A stretch of DNA of 64,000 nucleotides from an uncultured Chloroflexia bacterium. GTDB lineage: Bacteria; Chloroflexota; Limnocylindria; Limnocylindrales; CSP1-4. The position numbers and the translations under genes were made by a program. This document shows, piece after piece, positions 58,197-64,000 of this stretch. The notes beneath the pieces were generated by a model. That model had not been told where the DNA came from. It made no database searches and saw nothing but the letters and a program-made list of their open reading frames with translations. Within the stretch, counting starts at the first letter, position 1, and every line of letters begins with the position of its first letter. Where the stretch lies: positions 226,272 through 290,271 of the forward strand of contig CAWEHW010000004.1 of the NCBI GenBank assembly GCA_963809045.1, in the 5' to 3' direction.

Positions 58197-60464
58197 CGGC
58201 CCGGTTCCCCTTCGGACGCGGGCGCCGGCAGCCGGTCGGCCATGAGCCGCTCGAGCGACGCCGGCAGCCACCAGTTCCACCGGCCCAGGAGCCGCATGGT
58301 CGCCGGCACCAGCAAGGCCCGGATCACGGTCGCATCCAGGGCAATGGCGATGGCCATGCCGATCCCGAGCGCCTTGATCAGGACGATGTCGGCGAAGGCA
58401 AAGGAGCTGGCGACGACCACCACCACGAGCGCCGCCGAGGTCACGATGCGCCCGCTCCGTTCGAGGCCCCGGGCGACGGCCTCGACGTTGTCCTTCGTCT
58501 TGTCCCAGACCTCCTTGGTCCTGGTGAGGATGAACACCTCGTAGTCCATGGACAGGCCGAACAGCACGCAGAACAGGATCACGGGCTGCGTGGTCTCGAC
58601 GAACCCAACCGGCTGGAAGCCCAGGATGGCCGACAGGTTGCCGTCCTGGAAGATCCAGACCATGGCCCCGAAGCTGGCCACGATCGACAGCGTGTTCATG
58701 ACCAGGGCCTTGGCCGGCAGGATGACCGACCGCAGCAGGACGAACAGCACGAGATACGTCGAGATCACGATGAAGACCGCCGTCCTCGGGAAATCGGCGC
58801 GGACCCGGTCGACGACATCCGCGACATCGGCCGCTCCGCCGCCGACGAGGACGCTCGCCCCGGCCGGCGGCGCGAGCGAACCGCCCGGGTCACGAAGGTC
58901 GGCCACCAGCGCCTTGCCCTCCTCGCGGTTCGGGCCGTACGGGGTGTAGAGCGTGAACGCGGTCAGGTCGCCTCGCGTGGTCGCCGCCAGCGTCACCAGG
59001 GTGTAGCGGTCGGGTGGCCCGCCTGGGTTGCCATAGAGGAGCTGGTACTGCTCCAACGCAAGGCGGGGATCGAGGTCGACCAGGCTTTCGACACGAGCGA
59101 CTCGCGGATCGGCGGCGAGCCGGCGCGAGTAGTCGTACAGGGCCGCGAGGTTGGATCGGGCTTGTCGCCGGCCCGTCGGTGCGGATCGCGATCACGATCG
59201 GTGCGAACTCACCCTCCCCGAACTCCGCCTGCAGGCGATCGAAGGCCGCGCGAGATGGCACCGACGGCGGCAGGATCGACGAGTCAGGCGCGTTGAATCG
59301 AACGTGGAGGAACGGTGACCCGAGCAGCAGGATCACCGCCAGCGTGGGGATGAGGACCGTGACTGGCCGGCGCATCACCGCGCGGGCAAGGCGCGACCAG
59401 GCACCTTCGCTCGACGGCCGGGCGGACACCCGCCTGACGGCAAGCCGGTCGATCCGCGTCCCGACGATCGCGAGGACCGCCGGGAGCAACGTGAGCGCGG
59501 ACGCCACCGCGAGGCCGACGACGATCGCCCCGGCGATCCCCACCGACCGCAGGATCATGAATTCGAAGAGCACGAGGCCGAGCAGACCCAGGAGGACGGT
59601 CAACCCGCTGAAGAAGACCGCACGGCCGGCGGTCGCGACCGTCGCGTGCACCGCCTCCGCGACGCGGTCGGGATGGTCGGGTCGCAGCGCCAGCTCCTCG
59701 CGGAAGCGGCTGGTCAACAGCAGGGAGTAGTCGACGCCAAGCCCTAGACCGAGGAGGGTCGCGAGGTTGAGCACGAAGATGCTCATCGGCGTAACCGACG
59801 CGACGACGAAAATGCAGGCGAGGGCGACGATCACCGCCGCGCCACCGACGATGAGCGGAACCCCGGCCGCCACGACCGAGCCGAAGACGACCAGGAGCGT
59901 CAGCGCCGCCAGCGGCAGCGAGATGAGCTCGGATCGCTGGAGGTCCGCCTCCGACACCGTCTGGACGTCGCCGTAGAACGCCGGGCCGCCGGCCAGCTCG
60001 ACCTCCAGGCCGGGGACGTCGCGGAGCCGGTCGCGAAGGATGGGTAGAGCCTCGGGCGAGGCGTCGGCCGGCAGGTCGAGGAACACGATGTCGTAGGCCG
60101 TGTGGCGATCGGCCGAGACCTGCCGGGGTGCGATCAGGTGCGTGACCACGCGTGCGACGTGCGGGGCGCTCGCGACATCACGGATGGCTTCGGCGGCTGC
60201 CGCTTCGAACGCCGGCGTGCCCGCCTCGAGCGTCGGGCTGCTCAGCACGACCACGAGTGCTGACGGCGGGACGCCGAGCTCCGACTCGAGCAGCGTCTTG
60301 GCCCTGGCCGATTCGAGGTCGTCGAGGATGAAGCCGCCGGCGCTCAGCTGGCCCGGCACCTGCGGGGCGATGGGAATGGCGACCAGCAGGATGGCCAGCC
60401 ATGCCCCGATGACCCACCACGCGCGGCGCACGACGAACCGGCCAAGTCGATCAAAAGGGTTCAT
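58193..60464 (-). CDS. MMPL/RND transporter, frameshifted (+1) near 59156
   Basis: GLGVDYSLLLTSRFREEL, TAGRAVFFSG, FGLSMDYEVF, DATVIRALLVPA; removing one base restores SPSNLAALYDYSRRL and joins the two ORFs. Confidence 0.85.
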
Positions 60465-60518
60465 GACGGCCAGCCCATCCTACCGACGCCGGGCATTCGG
60501 GGCTGCTAGCATCCGGTC

Positions 60519-60839
60519 GTGCAGCTGTTCCTGATCGCCTTCCAGCAGCCGATCCCGTTCGGGATCTCTGCGGGCATCGTGATCCTGATGATCTACATCA
60601 TCCAGCGATCGGCGATGACCGCGGAGGGCGGCAGCAACTGGGTCCGCAAGATCACCAACCCGAACGCGAAATTCCTGTTCGCGTTCCTGTTCATCGCCTG
60701 GGCCGTGGTCTTCGGGATCGGGCTCCAGCTCGTACCGCACACCGGGGCGAACTCGCCCTACGGCGGGATCGGGCTGATCGCCCTCTTCTCGGGCTTCTTC
60801 ATCATGATGGGCTTCCTCTGGGCAGTGATCGGGGAGTAG
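60519..60839 (+). CDS. Small membrane protein (about 3 TM segments)
   Basis: 106-aa hydrophobic ORF; TAGCAT 6 nt before the GTG. Confidence 0.7.
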   Translation: MQLFLIAFQQPIPFGISAGIVILMIYIIQRSAMTAEGGSNWVRKITNPNAKFLFAFLFIAWAVVFGIGLQLVPHTGANSPYGGIGLIALFSGFFIMMGFLWAVIGE

Positions 60840-61028
60840 CCGCGCCCGCTGGCTGCCAGGTCTGGCTGGCCCGGGCTCGAGGTCCGATCGCGGCGCCCGG
60901 TCCAGTGCGACGGTCTCGGGCCGCTATGACGCTTGTCAACGTTGACAGACCTGCGCCCGTGGACCGTTAGGCAAGACGTCCCGCGCCCCGATCCGAGCCT
61001 CGAGCGTGGGGACGGCGCCGGTTGCTAC

Positions 61029-61260
61029 GACGGCGCAGATTTGACCGGTCCCGGCGCTCGTTCTCTGCCTAAGAGTCCAGGCACGCACGTTTGGCGAGTC
61101 GGTCCGGCCAGGCCCGCTGCTCCGAAGCCATCCCCGCATCCGCGGCCGTGACAAATTCCCGTGGCACTGTCACCAGGCACGGATTCCGGCGACTCCCAAC
61201 CCGCAACGAACCGGTCGGTCGCGAGAAGACCGAGGACCTTCGGCCTACTGGACGCCCGTC
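61029..61260 (-). ncRNA. Candidate structured RNA of about 230 nt (unassigned)
   Basis: Five nested stems plus side hairpins; the G-U wobble pairs form only on the minus strand. Confidence 0.45.
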
Positions 61261-61344
61261 ACGCCGTGGCTCTATCATGCCGCGACATGCAGAGTGCATA
61301 CAGTTTATGCAGGCTTGTCGCGTATTCCGGAGGCCACCCCTAGC

Positions 61345-62910
61345 GTGGATGCCCAGGAGATCAGGACCGCGGTCGCACACCAGGCCGCTGCCCGGGCTGC
61401 AGCCGAGACGCCATTCGTGAACCTCGCCGACCCGGCGCGGGCGCTCGCGGCCGATGGCACGCCCGCAGTCAGTCGCCGGGCCCCGATCTTCGAGGATGTC
61501 CCGGACGCGCAATGGAACGACTGGCGTTGGCAGCTCAGCCACCGGGTCAACGATCTCGAGGAGATCGAGAAGATCCTCGAGCTCACGGACGACGAGCGCG
61601 AGGGGCTGTCGGCCCCTGACAAGTTCCGCGTCGACATCACGCCGTACTTCATCAGCCTGATCGATCCGAAGAACCCCGACGACCCGATCCGCAAGCAGGT
61701 CATTCCCCTCGGCCGTGAGCAGCAGGCCTTCACGGCCATGATGGAGGACTCGCTCGCGGAGGACCGTCATTCGCCGGTTCCGGGTCTCGTCCATCGCTAC
61801 CCGGACCGTGTCCTGATGCTGGTGACCACGCAGTGCGCGAGCTACTGCCGCTACTGCACCCGGTCACGGATCGTCGGCGACCCGACCCAGAACTTCAACA
61901 GCCGGGATCACGAGGCCCAGCTCGAGTACCTCCGTCGGACGCCGCAGGTCCGTGACGTCCTGATCTCCGGCGGGGACGGCCTGACGCTTGCGCCGAAGCT
62001 GTTCGAGAAGATCCTCCGTGGGCTTCGGGAGATCCCGCACATCGAGATCATCCGGATCGGCTCCCGCGTGCCGGTGTTCCTGCCCCAACGGATCGACGAC
62101 GAGCTGTGCGAGGTGCTGGAGAAGTACCACCCGCTCTGGATCAACCTCCATTTCAACCACCCGAACGAGATCACGCCCGAGGTCAGCCGGGCGGTCGACA
62201 AGCTCACCAGGGCCGGCCTGCCGGTGGGCAACCAGAGCGTCCTCCTCGCGGGTGTCAACGACTGCGTGCACATCCAGCGGGCGCTCGTCCACAAGCTGGT
62301 GGCCAACCGGATCCGTCCCTACTACCTCTACCAGTGCGACCTGGTCGAGGGTTCCGGCCACTTCCGGACGCCGGTGGGCAAGGGGCTCGAGATCATGGAG
62401 GGCCTGCGCGGCCACACGTCGGGCTACGCCGTCCCGACCTACGTGATCGATGCGCCCGGCGGTGGCGGCAAGATCCCGGTGATGCCGAACTACCTGATCA
62501 GCTACTCCGACCACAAGATCGTGCTCCGCAACTACGAGGGCTACATCACCACGTACGAGGAGCCGCCGACCTACGACCGCCACGACGAATCGGCGTGCGC
62601 GTACTGCCAGCACCAGCGCTCGGAGCCAGGCCAGTCCGGCGTCCTCGGCCTGCTCGAAGGCGAGCGGATGTGGATCGAGCCGAAAGGCTTCAGCGAGGTC
62701 CACACCCGCGGCAACACAGAAGCCCACCGTCTCCAGGACCCGTCGAAGTGGGTGCCGTTCGGCGTGGGCGCCATCGAGGGCTCCGCCGGGCCCGCGCTAC
62801 GGGTGCTCGAGCCCGGCGAGGTGACGACCAAGCCCGCATACGGTCCCGGTGAGGAACCCCGACCCCGCGAGGGCGAGCCAACCGCGTCGGCCCACGGAGA
62901 GCTCCTCTAG
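61345..62910 (+). CDS. kamA: Lysine 2,3-aminomutase (radical SAM, PLP)
   Basis: WNDWRWQL, HRYPDRVL, CASYCRYCTR, GNQSVLL, YYLYQCD, GHTSGYAVP, DAPGGGGKIP, VLRNYEG. Confidence 0.9.
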   Translation: MDAQEIRTAVAHQAAARAAAETPFVNLADPARALAADGTPAVSRRAPIFEDVPDAQWNDWRWQLSHRVNDLEEIEKILELTDDEREGLSAPDKFRVDITPYFISLIDPKNPDDPIRKQVIPLGREQQAFTAMMEDSLAEDRHSPVPGLVHRYPDRVLMLVTTQCASYCRYCTRSRIVGDPTQNFNSRDHEAQLEYLRRTPQVRDVLISGGDGLTLAPKLFEKILRGLREIPHIEIIRIGSRVPVFLPQRIDDELCEVLEKYHPLWINLHFNHPNEITPEVSRAVDKLTRAGLPVGNQSVLLAGVNDCVHIQRALVHKLVANRIRPYYLYQCDLVEGSGHFRTPVGKGLEIMEGLRGHTSGYAVPTYVIDAPGGGGKIPVMPNYLISYSDHKIVLRNYEGYITTYEEPPTYDRHDESACAYCQHQRSEPGQSGVLGLLEGERMWIEPKGFSEVHTRGNTEAHRLQDPSKWVPFGVGAIEGSAGPALRVLEPGEVTTKPAYGPGEEPRPREGEPTASAHGELL

Positions 62911-62975
62911 GCGGTCGCCGCCAGGACACGGCGTTCCGACCCGCGTGTCGCGGGCGCGTCGGATACGCTCCGCCG

Positions 62976-64000
62976 ATGCGCCGAACGATCTTCTACGGCT
63001 GGGTGGTCGTCGCGGTCACCGCGATCGTGGTGATCGTCGTTTCAGGCGTGCGAGCCGCGCCGGGAGCGTTCCTGCTGTCGATGACGCAGGAACCGGGATG
63101 GAGCACCGCCTCCGTCTCCTTCGCGGCGGCGGTCGGCTTCGTGGTGTTCGGTCTGGCCGGTCCGGTGAGCGGCTGGCTCATGGGCCGGATCGGTGTCAAG
63201 AACGTCGTCCTGGCGAGCCTGCTGATCACGAGCGTTGCCTCGATCGCGTCGAGCTTCGTGCGCGAAATCTGGCAACTGACCCTGTTGTTCGGCCTCCTGT
63301 CCGGGTTCGGAACGGGGCTCGTTGCCTCCGTGCTCGCCCCGACCGTCGCGACGCGCTGGTTCCACCGTCGGCGTGGTCTCGTCACCGGGATCCTCGGGGC
63401 CAGCACCAGCACCGGGCAGCTGATCTTCTTCCCGCTGTTGACGACCGTGGCGGTCGTGGCCGGCTGGCGCACGGGCGCAAGCCTGCTCGGCATCCTCACC
63501 CTGGTCCTGATCCTGCCGGTCCTGCTCTGGATCCGTGATGACCCGGCCCACGTGGGCGTCCGCCCGCTCGGCGTGTCCGAGGGTGAGATTGCGCCAGTCC
63601 AGGCGTCGGATCGTGGGGTCATGCGCCGGGCCATCCGGACGTCCGACTTCTGGTTCCTCGCAGGGACCTTCTTCGTGTGCGGCGCGACCTCGAACGGCCT
63701 CGTGGGCCAGCACTTCATCCCGCACGCGGTCGACCACGGCTTCACCCAGGTTGCCGCCGGCACGGCGCTCGCGGTCATGGGGGTCTTCAACTTCATCGGC
63801 ACGATCGCCAGCGGGTGGCTGACGGATCGCTGGGATCCCCGCCGCCTCCTCCTCGTCTACTACACCTTCCGCGGCGCCAGCCTGCTGTTCCTGCCCCTCA
63901 TCCACGACACGATGACCATCGCCATCTTCGCGATCCTGTTTGGCCTCGACTACATCGCGACCGTGCCACCGACCGTGGCCCTCGTCGCGGATCGGTTCGG
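62976..64000 (+). CDS. MFS transporter (partial, runs off the window; absent from ORF track)
   Basis: MRRTIFYGWVVVAV..., GWLMGRIG, TRWFHRRRGLVTGILGASTSTGQL, CGATSNG, GWLTDRWDPRRLL. Confidence 0.88.
   Translation, partial: MRRTIFYGWVVVAVTAIVVIVVSGVRAAPGAFLLSMTQEPGWSTASVSFAAAVGFVVFGLAGPVSGWLMGRIGVKNVVLASLLITSVASIASSFVREIWQLTLLFGLLSGFGTGLVASVLAPTVATRWFHRRRGLVTGILGASTSTGQLIFFPLLTTVAVVAGWRTGASLLGILTLVLILPVLLWIRDDPAHVGVRPLGVSEGEIAPVQASDRGVMRRAIRTSDFWFLAGTFFVCGATSNGLVGQHFIPHAVDHGFTQVAAGTALAVMGVFNFIGTIASGWLTDRWDPRRLLLVYYTFRGASLLFLPLIHDTMTIAIFAILFGLDYIATVPPTVALVADRF

Noticed and set aside
61020-61290. Lysine riboswitch upstream of kamA
   Set aside because: Only scattered short resemblances (aagagt, ccgaag, actgtca); the conserved junctions are absent and the G-U pairs favour the opposite strand. 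cmscan would settle it.
61295-61311. ArgR box
   Set aside because: Half-site spacing is 3 bp longer than in the canonical ARG box.
805-63905. Numerous long alternative-frame or antisense ORFs in the track (e.g. 2153-4006, 13491-15866, 36768-38408)
   Set aside because: Arg/Pro/Ala-rich shadow ORFs expected at high GC; they overlap well-supported genes and have no recognisable motifs.

Overview
GC-rich bacterial chromosomal DNA. Gene content suggests a Chloroflexota/Actinomycetota-type monoderm, plausibly Limnocylindria-like (inference only). The first 21 kb is a patchy accessory region around tRNA-Arg(CCG): two STAND-type regulators each beside secreted-protein genes, a duplicated 5' half of the tRNA with its promoter bracketing about 5 kb of cargo, gene relics, an orphan TadE-TadE-TadG cassette and two ArsR-SRPBCC units with visible operators. 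21.8-35 kb is an L-rhamnose/rhamnoside utilisation locus. 35-64 kb is mostly housekeeping-like: PrsW, two cyclophilins, a HisA-like protein, DUF885, threonine aldolase, tRNA-Asp, CapA, PIG-L, a CoA-transferase, Fur-ZIP, MMPL-lipocalin, lysine 2,3-aminomutase and an MFS. The best unexplained signals are (i) a roughly 180-nt structured ncRNA candidate with its own promoter and terminator at 41.8-42.0 kb, whose apical hairpin motif recurs in an adjacent 26-bp tandem array, (ii) a second, roughly 230-nt structured RNA candidate divergent from kamA, and (iii) the integrase-less islet bounded by a 5' tRNA half. No CRISPR array, rRNA, integrase or transposase was seen. All calls come from reading the sequence by eye; no database searches were run.
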